Both the position numbers and the translations under genes were made by a program. DNA of 64,000 nucleotides from Antedon mediterranea (Eukaryota > Animalia > Echinodermata): positions 17,419,648 to 17,483,647 of the forward strand of contig NC_092673.1 in the NCBI RefSeq assembly GCF_964355755.1. Reading direction: 5' to 3'. The number at the start of each line of letters is the position of its first letter. The stretch's first letter is position 1. Shown piece by piece: positions 1-13,798 of the stretch. Below the pieces are notes generated by a model that was not told the DNA's origin, searched no databases, and saw only the letters and a program-made list of their open reading frames with translations.

Positions 1-1890
1 GATGATTTAACATCACTACTCTGAACTAATTCAACATTCAAAATCTTATTTTCGGTCAAGTCAACTGATGTGTATGAACCATATTTTGCACTGTGGCCCA
101 TACTGTCACAGCGTCCATCTACTCCAATAGCAGCGTCCATCTACTCCAATAGAAATATCCTTGCCCTGTAATTCAGCAAAGTGCTTATCCCTTTTAGAAA
201 ACCAATTATTCCTTACAACTCTGTGTAAGAAATTTTGTTGGTGACGGAAAAAAGTACGTTTACTAATGGCGCTCACATTTATACTTTTTAGCGCTCTTAA
301 AAATTGTGTGGGTGTTGAGCCAGAAAAAAGAATAGCCCCACTTAGTAGAATGTTACCCATTGGGGTACCTCTAGCTTCTGGCTGACTTTTCCACTCGCGG
401 TTAGTGTGGCAACATAAGCATCTTATGTTTGCAATAAGCATGCTTCCCTTGTTACGACAACATACTTGAACTTTACTGGAAAAACAGGAAAGGCATATAG
501 AAAGTAGCATCAGTAGGTGATTGTGAAAAACAATGTATTTTGGCTGTCTATGTGCATCCCCATTAAATCCTTTCATCTCATCATCTTCCATCTCTGTATC
601 CTCACCATCTGAAACCGATACATCCTCTTCCGGTCGATAATCTGAATCGCTATCATCTTCTGTCGACTCATCAAAATCTTCATCATCTTCATCAGACGAT
701 TGTTCTTTGTATGTTGGTTTGGCTTTTTTGGGTGCCACGACTTTAGCTTTGCTCATTTTTCTTCGCCGAACACGTTTTCTTTGCTTTCGTGTCTGTGTGC
801 CTCTGGACACCATAAGAGGCTTATCGCATACACTTGCGAGCTCCTGTTCATCCTCTTCCTCATCCTCTGTTCCAGTAATAAGCTCCCTGATCACTCCCGC
901 CTTTTCTCTTTTAACAAATGCTGACCTGTTGGAATGAATATTAATACTATTAATAATAAATATCAGACAAACCTAAACATTTTTTCTTTTATTTATTGAA
1001 TCTATTACACTAACCTCTGTGCTGTACACTCTTTGGCCACCTGACCACCATCGTCGGATGTCTCCCTCACAACATGTATTGTTGGTACCGCTGTTTTGGC
1101 ATTCAGTAAAAAAGCCTAAAAGTAGTGAGGAAACCGTTGTCTAATTAATATTAAGGGCAAAATAACGTAAGCAATATAATTATAATATAGTTGTTAGTTC
1201 CCACTTACACCGACAGGACATTCTCCTACTGAGCATAACAGTGTAGGCATTGACTAACCTCCATCGTGTTTGTACAGCATTCAGTAGTACTAATTAGGCC
1301 TGGCTAGGCTAGCCCTTATCCCATTATTATTAATGTAATAAGCCAAATACATAACAACTAGGTTAGGCCTAGTTGAGTTATCTGTGTGGTGTAGGCAAAA
1401 CTGTTATTACTATTACTTATTAATTACGTTAAGTTTATTTAAAGATAAACCAACATAAAGTAAATACTATACATATATATCAGGCGGAGCAACTGTACTG
1501 TATGTATGTACAGTAGTTTTAATGTTACTGCAAATTATGTGCCGGCCCGCCTAGAAGCTAGGCTTGGCCCAGCGGGCCCAGCAGGCCTAACAATAGCGAC
1601 GGCGAACGTATTTTATGCAGTTTTTGTTGAAGGTAAAATATTAAAAGTAAATTCATCTAATTAACAAATACTTACTTTGTAGCTAGACCAGCTTTGAATT
1701 GACCCATGTTTGTAAATGAATCGTCTGAAAAATGCTTAAAACAGAGCACTGATCGAGCTGTGGGTTTCCACTTATCGCGTTTTGTACGTACAAATCTTGT
1801 CCATTGCCTGGCGATGAAACTGTCCTTTGGCCACCGAAACAATAAGTTATTTTCATGATCACAATTCGCAGCAACACAGCGAGAAGGCAT
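1..1890 (-). pseudogene. Spliced THAP-domain DDE transposase (Kolobok/KolobokP-like), disrupted; runs off the left edge
   Basis: Exon 1890..1676 is a THAP domain (MPSRCVAANC...WP...W...LCFKHF). Exon ~1115..1015 carries AVPTI. The exon from 925 down carries an acidic linker, KYIVF..C..C, W.SQP, GNILLSGAILFSG and DGRCDSMGHSAKYGSYT...ELVQ. A 22-bp tandem duplication (109-130/131-152) frameshifts the DGRCDS motif, and the exon 1/2 junction also appears out of frame. Possible element end at 2231 next to TTAA (2232-2235). Family assigned from remembered motifs. Confidence 0.75.
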
Positions 1891-4037
1891 ATTGATTTAT
1901 TATAATAGATAAATAAAAAAGTAGCTGACAATAATAATAGTTGAAAATAACAATTAGTACCAGTAGAAAGCAGTATACAGTATATATTATTAGTAGTAAA
2001 CCAGCGTCTCATGCATGCACGTGTGTTGTTTTAAAAGGCGGAAGTAGAATGTCTTCTGCCTGTGACGTCACGCTTATAAAGTACGAGGGCATATTAACGT
2101 TCCTAATTAAGAGGTGATTACGGCCATACCGTTAAAAGTAGGTCAATGCAAATTTCGGTCAAGATTTATAGACATTAAGTCTACCCAAAAAATCATTAAC
2201 ATCTTAATTTAAAGTCTGTGGCACTAGCACTTTAAAGATATATCGTCACCTGGAAAATATATATATATTTTTCTTGAATATGCAATTTTAATGTCATAAT
2301 AGTTATTCACTTTGACCAAAAATTGGAGCGAAAATAAAATTGTTTACCTGAAAATAATGCAAAAAATAGTCAAATTATCAGACAATGGGTTGAAACTGCA
2401 GAATTCCCTATTCAAAGTTTGATTTTATTAATCTTCATTTTTCATGTTTTTGGGGGACAATATATCCAGTACCCTGTGGACCCCTGTTGAATAAATTTGA
2501 ACCTGGTGAACTTAAGAACAACAATAATTAATGTTTAAATTTAAGCAACAACAAAATAAAGCTTATTGACTGATGATTGACAGTTTGGATTTATTTGTCA
2601 TTGTCATGATAATAAAACAATTTATAATAAAAAAGTAAACAAAATGTTTTTATTGTTCATGTGGATTGTTATTTTTTGTTTAATTTTGCATAAAGCATGC
2701 ACACTACTCACAGATAGTGTATCTTAGTTTCATTATGCAAATTACGATTTTGTAGGTTAGATATTCATAATTAGGTGATACATTTGATATAAGGGCACTC
2801 TCCATACTAATGGGGAATTTAGGTGTAAGTTTCATTTTGATTGGTTCAGAAATGGTAATGGTAACATGCATAGTGAACAGGCTTGTTGTGGTTTTTGTTT
2901 ATTATATATAATTTAAATTTATATAAATTAATTAATAATTAAGTTAATATAAATATCAGGATAAGGATAAAACTGGTCAACAATTGTGGACAAATATTTC
3001 ACTGTAACCTATCACCATCCTCAGTATTCTATTTCCTATGGTGACATCCAGAAGAAGATTAGTTGAAATCGGAATTAGAATGCTGTGAGGGTATCACTGA
3101 AATATTCATTAAAAAAATATCATGTTGTTTACAACTAACACATAAGAATAATCATTTGTGAATTTAAATACTTGGTAATATCATGAAGGAAATTACAGGA
3201 AAAAGATTACATTATTTTTTCCTCCATGATAGTACACAGTGTGTCTTGCTTTTGTGACGTGTGTACACTCTTTTATTGACTCAACCAACTTGACTGTTAA
3301 CATGTTCTTTACAAAAGGTTCTTTGTTAATATAAGTATGCAAGACCATGGATTAAAGAATAGAAGGATATGCATCGACGTGAGATCAAGGGTTCCTTGAC
3401 TCTCGCCGACAGACTGCGGACCGCCCACAATGTTACAGTTTAATTAACCGCATGGTAACAACGAAACGGTCGCGTGCCTAATACTGTGTATTGTTTACTG
3501 CACATGTGCAACGACATTTAACCTTGTTGTTGACTGCGCTTCTTTCGCACGTTCTCTGTTGCCCTGTATGTATTCATACATATTTGAACAGTATAATCAG
3601 TGCCGTAACGGCTATGTGCGCTCACTGGCTAAATCGAAGCTTGGGGCCCATGAGCAGTGCCCAGAGGAACAGGCATAAAATATGTCGAAAATGCTAAAAA
3701 CGTCCGAGGCCTCAATCTTTGAAACTTGGAGGGCCACTTAGGTTTCCTAAACAAGTGGCTTCAGGCCTCTGCCTCATGCCACTGAGTATAATGTTTATTG
3801 AAAACAGTTATTAAATTACATTGTATGTTATTGTGAAGACCCTAGTGTAGGCCTACTTCATCAATATACCAGATAAAAACAATACTATATTGTTATTGGC
3901 TTAGAATTGTAGATGCTATAATTGTATTAGTATAGGTTTCTGCCGCGATTGATCTACGCTAATGTTTTTATGACATTAAAGTAGCATTTTATGACCTGTA
4001 GTAGCCCTACATCTGAGACAATAACTATTTATTTGTT

Positions 4038-5018
4038 GGTATTGTACTACCTTACTTTATGATCCATTTATTAATAGACTAAAACGCACTGCTTCCCCAG
4101 GGCTGTTAGTCAGGGTATTTGTGTGGGGTATTGTACTACCTTACTTTATGATCCATTTATTAATAGACTAAAATGCACTGCTTCCCCAGGGCTGTTAGTC
4201 AGGGTATTTGTGTGGGGTATTGTACTACCTTACTTTATGATCCATTTATTAATAGCCTAAATGCACTGCTTCCCCAGGGCTGTTAGTCAGGGTATTTGTG
4301 TGGGGTATTGTACTACCTTACTTTATGATCCATTTATTAATAGACTAAAATGTACTGCTTCCCCAGGGCTGTTAGTCAGGGTATTTGTGTGTGGTATTGT
4401 ACTACCTTACTTTATGATCCATTTATTAATAGACTAAAATGTACTGCTTCCCCAGGGCTGTTAGTTAGGGTATTTGTGTGGGGTATTGTTAACCTTACTT
4501 TATGATCCATTTATTAATAGACTAAAATGCACTGCTTCCCCAGGGCTGTTAGTCAGGGTATTTGTGTGGGGTATTGTACTACCTTACTTTATGATCCATT
4601 TATTAATAGACTAAAATGCACTGCTTCCCCAGGGCTGTTAGTCAGGGTATTTGTGTGGGGTATTGTACTACCTTACTTTATGATCCATTTATTAATAGAC
4701 TAAAATGCACTGCTTCCCCAGGGCTGTTAGTCAGGGTATTTGTGTGGGGTATTGTACTACCTTACTTTATGATCCATTTATTAATAGACTAAAATGCACT
4801 GCTTCCCCAGGGCTGTTAGTCAGGGTATTTGTGTGGGGTATTGTAATACCTTACTTTATGATCCATTTATTAATAGACTAAAACGCACTGCTTCCCCAGG
4901 GCTGTTAGTTAGGGTATTTGTGTGGGGTATTGTACTACCTTACTTTATGATCCATTTATTAATAGACTAAAATGCACTGCTTCCCCAGGGCTGTTAGTCA
5001 GGGTACTTGTGTGGGGTA
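4038..5018. repeat. Minisatellite, 89-bp unit, ~11 copies
   Basis: Unit ggtattgtactaccttactttatgatccatttattaatagactaaaatgcactgcttccccagggctgttagtcagggtatttgtgtgg repeated with few substitutions. Confidence 0.95.
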
Positions 5019-6415
5019 TGCAGATAGTTTAGTTTAGTTCTGTAGTTATAATGCTTTATATTTCACATGACAGAAGATTGTAAAAATCTGTTGAATCAGT
5101 AAGTTTGTCTAACCTGCATAACATAATGCCACACTCATTTTGGTAGAAATACACCAGGAGTAGATCCAGGATTTAGAGGGGACGGCTAATAATAGACTGG
5201 GGAAAGAAGCCTAGGCCCCTTGGTTCTAATCAAAATTTTAAAATGTCCTCTTTCGCCATGCTTTTATAAAGTCTCCCACCATTTAATTTTTATGATTTCG
5301 GACCTCCACATACTAAAATGGCAGTGCGAAATAACACTTTTGGTTTTTAATAGTAAATTAACAATAAATGATATCATTATTGAATAAAGAATTGTTTATC
5401 TCATAATAAATATATTTAATTCAAAATAACGTTCTGTTCTTATTATCCATTTTTTTATCCATAATTGTTATTTTAAAATATTTTGTATAAAACTGGTAGA
5501 TTGCTCACAATAAAATACAAACAGTAGTTTTTGTTTCATTATGCAAAGTATGATTTTTTTTTAATTAATAATTTATAATTAGGTGATACATTTTAATATA
5601 GCTTCTAAGTGCATTCTCCATACCAATTTATGATAAAAAAATAAATAAAATTAATGTGATGTGAAGTAGGATTGGCCTTCCCATGGATATCTTTTTCCCT
5701 TCTTGATATACCTTACCAATAATTAACCAGTATATAGGCCAATAAATAATATTATAAATACTATTATCACAACATAAAATGGCATAGTAGGCCTCTATTA
5801 ACCAAACAGAGTCTCCTAATTACCCTTAGTATAAATTGTTTTTTATAACAATTCCTGGTAATCAAAATACACATACTATTCTGAAGCACAAAATATTATT
5901 AAGAAATATATCCACAACACTTTATTATTTTATTTAATCAGCAAAGCATCCATTATGAATTAAAAAAATACATAGTTAAGTGATGTTTTGTTCCAAAATC
6001 AATAAATCTTATAATGTACTAGCCCAAGCAAGTACATCTGTACAATTTGCACCTCAATAATTCACCGTCAAATATGCAATTACATTTTTAAAAACATAAG
6101 AAAACGTTTAAAGTATTTGTTGCTCCTAATCTATACTATGTGTTAATGGAGATAATTTTGACACAATTTGATCTATATACAGTATCATGCGACTTTAACC
6201 CAATGTTGTAACTCTTTACATATGGCTCTGGCTCCGCCCATAATTCGTTCGTTTACATTGGTTGAATAGGAATTATGATATCTTTCTAATATACTATCTT
6301 TGTTTATATGAAGTTTGCAAACTGTAGATAGGTAAACAAGACTTATATTTTCTATTATAGGCTAGCACGCAAGACTGATTTAAGGAAGTCATGTGATGCA
6401 CAGAAGCAGTAACAA

Positions 6416-6549
6416 TTATAAACCCCTTATAGTCAAGTAGCGTGTTTATGTAGAAATTTTCAGTCGAACTGATTTACCAGTGGATTGAGGATTGTTTCCA
6501 GGGTAGGGTACCAACAATTCTGTTTTTCAGATTCAGTTGTAGTGTGAGT
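6416..6549 (+). promoter_or_regulatory. Possible TATA box and non-coding first exon of the Roco gene
   Basis: TATAAA-like motif at ~6417, TCAGT Inr-like motif downstream, strong GTGAGT donor at 6544. The ATG exon at ~13720 begins with an acceptor, so an upstream exon is needed. Weak evidence. Confidence 0.25.
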
Positions 6550-7880
6550 TTTTATATTATTTTAACAGAATATTTAATTTTGACTTACAGAATTGTGCTT
6601 TATTTTATGACAATTACAGGATTAGCAATACTTTGTTTGGAAACGTTGGTTTATGGCAACCAGTTGCATCCATTGAAGTGTTTCTCAACTATTTTATTTT
6701 TACAGCAAAAATTGCAATACAATAAAATAACAGATTTTAATTCGAAATTCAGAGGCTTTAAAAGATAATCTTGGTGCACACACTACAAGGGTGATAACTA
6801 TCTTTTGCTCAAATTCTGCCTATGTTATCACTTACCTTTCAGGCCTTTCGTTTAATAGCACATGAATTGTTCAATAAACTTGAGTTAAAAGGTAATTTCA
6901 AACCTACTAAGGTCTGTTACAAAGGTCACAGAAGTTAGGCTGCTGAATATCTTTGAACAAAACATGTCTGACGTGAAAATAAAAAAAAGTATATTAGTCT
7001 GATAGTACAGTGATACGCCCGTATTCTTTAAACCAGACTTTAGTCGTAGTTCGAACTTCGACTTCAAAAAGTGCTAGTTCGAGCTACGGGCTCAAGCCCC
7101 CCTTGCCAGAGAGACTAGCTTTCCCACCAAATTTTTGTCGGGGAATATAATATACTGCACATTGTTCACGTACACTTCGTAGCTTCAGCACCTAGAAAAC
7201 CGCGACGTTCAATTGACCGTGAGTACGTCAGAGGGCTATTGTGCACTTTATGCATTCATTATCGCCAGCGATCTAACTACTAAACAAAAGAATGCACTTG
7301 TCTGGCCTTTGTACAAATCGTTCGCGTTACTTTGTGTACTGTGTATCGACATACGCTACAGCAAAAACAAGTTATGTTAATTATTCGTATGTTCACCAAT
7401 TTTTTAATTTACAATTAATCCTCTGTACCGTGGGGCACCTAAAATAAATATTTCATACATTACTAAACAAAAAACATGCTATTTTCGCTTAGCCAACAAC
7501 ATCTTATTATAGTTTAGTTATTAAGTTTTCAATGTCCTGTATGTCATGAACTTCTCACCATACTCAAAGTCCAGATGGTAAGCTTACATACACTTGCGAG
7601 GTATACTGATTAGGCCTTACGGTGAAGATGAAAACATTTTTTCTTGTTCCTCATTAAGCATAATAAGTGAACTCTCTTGATTCATATACATAAAAATAAA
7701 TTAATCACGTATTAAAAAGTTCCACGAAAATTTTCCTGACATTTTAAAGAAATCTTGATTTTAAAAGTATAAAAGAATATATTTTCGCAGTTGCCATTTT
7801 GTATCACATGACATCAGTTAAACCAATCATACGCGACGTTTAGGCAGCAGACGTCAAAATCAGCACGATGTAAACACGAA

Positions 7881-10746
7881 ATGGCGTCCGACGAGGAAGG
7901 ATCTTCTCGCTCAGACAAAGTAAAGTTGAAATGTTTTTTCCAAATTTACAAGCATTCAAATGAAATTATCAGTCCAATTACTGAGATTCGATGGAATAAA
8001 GTGTTGCTCTGTTCAAAGAGTTGGATAAAATTAGATGGAGACGGCAAGGAAATCGCCATACATTTGACGGAGCTTGGTATGTCTGATGAAGGTAAATCGT
8101 TTGACGATGTCGTACGCGAGCATCCAGGCTTAGGTTTTCATGCTACCTGTTACAGGCGATATACTGATACATCTCGACTAAAAAAGGTAATATTTGGTTT
8201 ATTATTATCAGAATACTCTAAGAGTTAATAATATAGTTAAATGATACAGTATATAGGGTGCTACTGCACTTACTTATAGATCTATATTGTGCCCTTAGTT
8301 TCTGTGCTTGGTTGTTGATTGGGCTTTCTACTAGTACCAGTACTACTACGTAGGCCTAGGCCCTAGGCCTAGGCCATATTATATTATACAGTATATATTA
8401 TTCAGTAGGCTACAAAATTAATTTTAGTTAAATACCAATATAGGCTCTATATAAGACAAAATAAAATGCTGTATAAATTAATTATACGTTGAAATTGATG
8501 TTTAGGCTGAAACAAGAGTTGCCAAAAAGAGATCCCAAGCAGGAGACAGTGAGAGCCCAGATGAGCCACCAGTTAAGAGGGCCAAGCATTTTTTGAGAAG
8601 TAGTTCAGCCACAGCAATGGTTCAAAAAGCCACAATTTTGCCAAAGAAATGTATCATTTGTAAATTGCAAGACAAATTAGTGACGATCCAAGGCAAAAGA
8701 GGTCATGATAAATTAAGAAAGGCTTTAACAGATGATGCAGGTAATTATTTGAAGAAAAAAAATTCACTTGTTATTGTTGTTTCTCCTATCCTTGAAATTT
8801 GTAAACATATGGTTAATTAATCAATCTGCTTTCTAATCCCCATCCTATAATGAGTTTTGCAGGCTCAACTGATGTAATCCAATTAGAAAACCTTCCTACT
8901 GTACAGCATAATGAGGTGTTCCAGGACATTTCTTCCATGTGAACCTTTGCTATATAGTGTAATCATGGAGCTATACATTTTATATCTCCATGCTGTAGTT
9001 ATGCATAACAAAATATCATTTCAATCATTTAGGAATTACACACTATTACTTTTGTTGATTTGATTTATGACAGGAATGTTGCGAAAAGCTGCAGAAATGA
9101 GAGAGGACGAAAGTATTTTAAAAGACATTCGAGGCAAAAGCTGTGCTTGTATTGAAGTGCGATATCATGACCAATGTTACAAAAACTACACCAAAATAGT
9201 TGTTAATTCACGTAAACGACATGATTCTGGAAAGTGAGTAAAACGTAACTTTCTAAAACTCTGTTGGTTTTTTAAATTTACATTTTAAATTTTTTTTTTA
9301 TTTGCTTCAGTCTAAATGTTGAATTTTTAAACACCAAAATCTATAAAATATTAAAATATATTTTAATAATACAGTATATATTATTATTTACAGGGAATTG
9401 GAAAGTGTTTTTTTAACATATAAGCAAAGCTATAAGGTATTTTGCAGAGATGTAATTGATAAACGGTTACAGTATGGACAGGAGATACTAAGACTCGCAA
9501 AACTCCAAAAGCTTTTCATGAAATCAATTGAAAAAACAGAAAAAGTTTACTTGTCAACTATAAGGTAGGCTGTCAATCCCTTCTTAAAAACGATGAAATA
9601 ATTTTGTAATATTTTTGAGATCCAGTTACTGTAATAATTTCTTCATTTTATCTGTGTTACAATTAATTATAATCAATTAATGTGTTATTTATAGATCAGA
9701 CGTGTTGAAGAAGAAGCTCAGGATGGATTATCCTAACCTAATTTTTCATTCACCCACAAGAAGGTTAGTTGCTTAGTGTGTTTATATTAAATGATTATTT
9801 CACCAGGGATAATTAAAAAAAAAAAAATCTTTTTGTGGATTGGTCAAACTAAATATTTTATTTATTTTTTCTTAATTAGAAATGAATCAGTTCTGGTGTA
9901 CTTTAGCAATGTATCCCCAGGATTTGTGGCTGATCCATTTTTGTCATCAGGAAAAAGTACAACGGAGACAGATGAATCATCAAAGTATGACATAGATATT
10001 CCAACTACTTCTACAACACACGAAATCTCCACTGATGGTGACAATAGAGACAAACTAAGGACTCTATATTTTGCAGGTACGGTTAAAATACAATAACTTG
10101 TATATATTGGTTTATTTTTAAATAACAACAATAAATGTTATTGCATAATTAAGGAAATGCTGTGGATCAAAGAGGTGAAAGCTGTATGCACTCAAAAAAC
10201 AAAACTGTTATGATAGTAAGTGGTGTCGATCATAAATGCTGTACACAATACAGTATATGCTTTATATAAATTTATTATTACTATGTTTCATTCACCCAAT
10301 GCTATAAAATGTACTTGCAGGTACGATAGTAAATAATGCCATCAAATCAAACAAAGGTATGCAGAGTGAATGGCCTCCAAGAGCAGCGGACATTAATGAT
10401 GTTGACATATCTGAAATTGTGCCATATGAGTTGTTTAATCTAATCGCAAAGTGTGTTGGTGCTGCAGAAGATACTATACAAACCTCATTTTCAGATGTTA
10501 CTGAAGAAACTCGAACGAAAATTTTATCGATATGCCAGGACATCCTGTACCTTGCTTGGAAAGGAAGAAGGCAGACTCCAAAGTCACTTGCTCTAGGATT
10601 AACTGTTCGAGTGTGAATGAGATGAGTGTGAAAACAGGACAAGAGAAGAAGAAGAAGAAAAAGAAGACACACCAGACTATGGCATTGAAGATGATGAATT
10701 AGACTATGGTGAATTAGACTATGAGGAAGATGAATATGAAATGTAG
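7881..10746 (+). pseudogene. Academ-like transposase N-terminal half fused to its extreme C-terminus (7 exons)
   Basis: Exons approx. 7881-8186, 8506-8740, 9074-9233, 9394-9564, 9694-9762, 9880-10076, 10321-10746. Motifs FHATCYRRYT, CIICK, EVRYHDQCYKNYT and TPKSLALGLTVR, then an abrupt jump to DECENR plus an acidic tail. The catalytic core is missing. Confidence 0.7.
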
Positions 10747-10869
10747 TTTATACGGTTTTGAATGCAACAAAATCATCATAAAAAGTAACTGTAATGTAAT
10801 AGGCCTACACTATAACCAATGTGAAACACTAACCATGGTTATGCAAACAGAAACTGTGAGCATGTGAAT

Positions 10870-11190
10870 AAAAAAAAAGATTTAAAAAAAATGAAAACAA
10901 AATGGAAACCATGAGAATATAAATAAATAATATAACCATGAGAATATAATAATAAAAACTGTAACCATGAGAATATAAATAAATAATGTAACCACGAGAA
11001 TATAATAATAAAAACTGTAACCATGAGAATATAAATAAATAATTTAACCATGAGAATATAATAATAAAAACTGTAACCATGAGAATATAAAGAAAAATAG
11101 TAACTATGAGAATATAAAGAAATTGTGTAACCATTAAAAGAAATTGTGTAACCATGAGAATATAAAGAAAAATATTAACCATGAGAATAA
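10870..11190. repeat. AT-rich minisatellite (aaccatgagaatata core) inside the Academ element
   Basis: Alternating ~26-29-bp units; these produce the spurious hydrophobic minus-strand ORFs. Confidence 0.85.
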
Positions 11191-12799
11191 ATACAATTAC
11201 ATTGAAACAAAACAAATATTTGATATTTGTATTTTATTTAATAATTTAAATTTACTATTGCATTGGTGTTTATTACTAGGAATATGTGTTCTATATGTTT
11301 CACAGTTAAATCATATCAGTCACTCTGTACATCCTACGGTATAAACTTCGCATAATATTGCTGCTGTATTTCTACTGCTATTAATAGCCTACCTGTCGGG
11401 AGAAACCATTATACGAACAGTTGAAGCCATTTGTAATTATAAATGTTTTAATGTCGGGGGATAATTATTAACTCTAAATTTTAATTTTAGAGTTAATATA
11501 AATTTGTATTCACCAAATTTATTTAAAAAAATAAAGAATAAATCTATTTTGATAATAAATAACTTGCCTATATATTTCTTATAAACCGTGATAATAATAG
11601 TACAGTCTAGTTATAGTGCGCCACCAGTTGTTTCAGCCTCGCTATTTCGTAAGAAATCGTTGGCATATTTACCAATTTTAACGGTAATTTTCTACCAAAC
11701 GCCAGGTATTTTTTTGTGGAACTTTTACTTTTTGTACTATTAGTATTTATTTAGAACAGTATATGTGGTAAAAAAGTATTATGCTTGATGAGGAACGGGA
11801 TTGCTTTTCCAGGCATCATTTCAGCTTCGCCGTAAGGCCTAGATTTTCGCGACTGAAAATGGTCTACGCTTGCGGACACACACCACCCACCCACCCCAAT
11901 TAACCACTTTTTTAAGCCTCTAGGCCCGATGTTTTCAAATTATAAGATGCAATTTTTGAAGACCTGCAGGTCTAGTTTTCAAAATTTTCTTAGGTACTTA
12001 TAAATTTCATTTCATATTTAATTTCATTTCATATTTCGAAGCACAATAAGTGCATTTTCCAGGACCTATAATCAGCTCTAATTTTCAAAAATGTCTTAGC
12101 TCAGTTCCTGCCTGTGGGTACGTTTTACGTTTGTGTATATTTTCTATGCTACAATATACTCGATAAATATAGGCATATTTTGAACTTTAAAGGTCACTTC
12201 ATTTTTAAAATTGAAATGGATTGCCACAGTCATCATTGCGCATCGGTTTTTTGCACGCAGTATTTTATTTATGCATTATGAAAAATGGAAAAAGTGGCTA
12301 CCCTAAATCTGATTAAAATTGCCTCAAATGACGCTAGAACGCGTTACTTCCGGGGGCTTTGCCCTCTAGACCCCCTGGCGGCCCCCTTGCACCCAGCCTA
12401 GAGAGAGATTAACAACATTTTTGACCAAATAACTGATATGTTTTTCTGATACTCACAATTGCCTAGAGGGATGTTTTTGCTGTTTTTTGGGGGTTTAAAG
12501 TAAAGTGGGCCAAACTGAATGGCAGCCATTTGTTGTGTATTAATTAAAGAAAAGTCATAATTGCCGTTTGGGAAAATGAATCCACAAAACAATGTTTCCA
12601 GTTGTTGATCTGTCAATCAATTATTATGAACAAAATAATTTTTTAAATATTTAAAGATGAGACCATGGCCAGTTTAATATCAACTTGGTGATAAACTTAG
12701 ATTTTACAATCGCACAATGTACACAATATGCTTTATTTGTTTAATAACAAGTATAACAGTTTAAAAATCTAAAGTATAATATGTTGTAATGCTAGCACA

Positions 12800-13642
12800 G
12801 GAGTCATCTTCATTCAGTAACACCAGCATACAGGTCATCTACATGCAGTAACACCAGCATACAGATCATCTTCATTCAGTAACACCAGCATACAGGTCAT
12901 CTACATGCAGTAACACCAGCATACAGATCATCTTCATTCAGTAACACCAGCATACAGGTCATCTTCATTCAGTAACGCCAACATACAGGTCATCTTCATT
13001 CAGTAACACCAGCATACAGGTCATCTTCATTCATTAACACCAGCATACAGGTCATCTACATTCAGTAACACCAGCATACAGGTCATCTTCATTCAGTAAC
13101 ACCAGCATACAGGTCATCTTCATTCAGTAACACCAGCATACAGGTCATCTTCATTCATTAACACCGGCATACAGGTCATCTTCATTCAGTAACACCGGCA
13201 TACAGGTCATCTTCATTCAGTAACACCAGCATACAGATCATCTTCATTCAGTAATGCCAGCATACAGGTCATCTTCATTCAGTAATGCCAGCATACAGAT
13301 CATCTTCATTCAGTAACGCCAGCATACAGGTCATCTTCATTCATTAACACCGGCATACAGGTCATCTTCATTCAGTAACACCGGCATACAGGTCATCTTC
13401 ATTCAGTAACACCAGCATACAGATCATCTTCATTCAGTAAACACCAGCATACAGATCATCTTCATTCAGTAATGCCAGCATACAGGTTATCTTCATTCAG
13501 TAACACCAGCATACAGGTCATCTTCATTCAGTAACACCAGCATACAGATCATCTTCATTCAGTAACACCAGCATACAGGTCATCTTCATTCAGTAACACC
13601 AGCATACAGATCATCTTCATTCAGTAATGCCAGCATACAGGT
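12800..13642. repeat. Minisatellite, 31-bp unit, ~27 copies
   Basis: Unit caggtcatcttcattcagtaacaccagcata. Confidence 0.95.
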
Positions 13643-13798
13643 GCAATTGAATTGTCATAGCTTTTTTAATGCAAAGGTTTCTGTCTGATGAAATTATGTT
13701 TTACCTTTCATATTTTCAGAACAGAATGTGTAGGCTTACTTTTACACTAGAAGCTATCAGTATTAATAATTGTTAAATGAAGACACTGTATTTTTGAA

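Larger units (their letters stand above)
7611..11841 (+). mobile_element. Academ-type DNA transposon, internally deleted
   Basis: Imperfect TIRs TAGGCCTTACGGTGAAGATGAAA... / ...TTTCAGCTTCGCCGTAAGGCCTA and a 3-bp TSD GAT (7608-7610, 11842-11844); contains a spliced transposase-like gene. Confidence 0.8.

Noticed and set aside
4038-5018. 89-bp array as a second exon array
   Set aside because: No consistent splice sites, no open frame and no focused variability; plain minisatellite
10829-11215. Hydrophobic repetitive ORFs
   Set aside because: Translation of an AT-rich minisatellite
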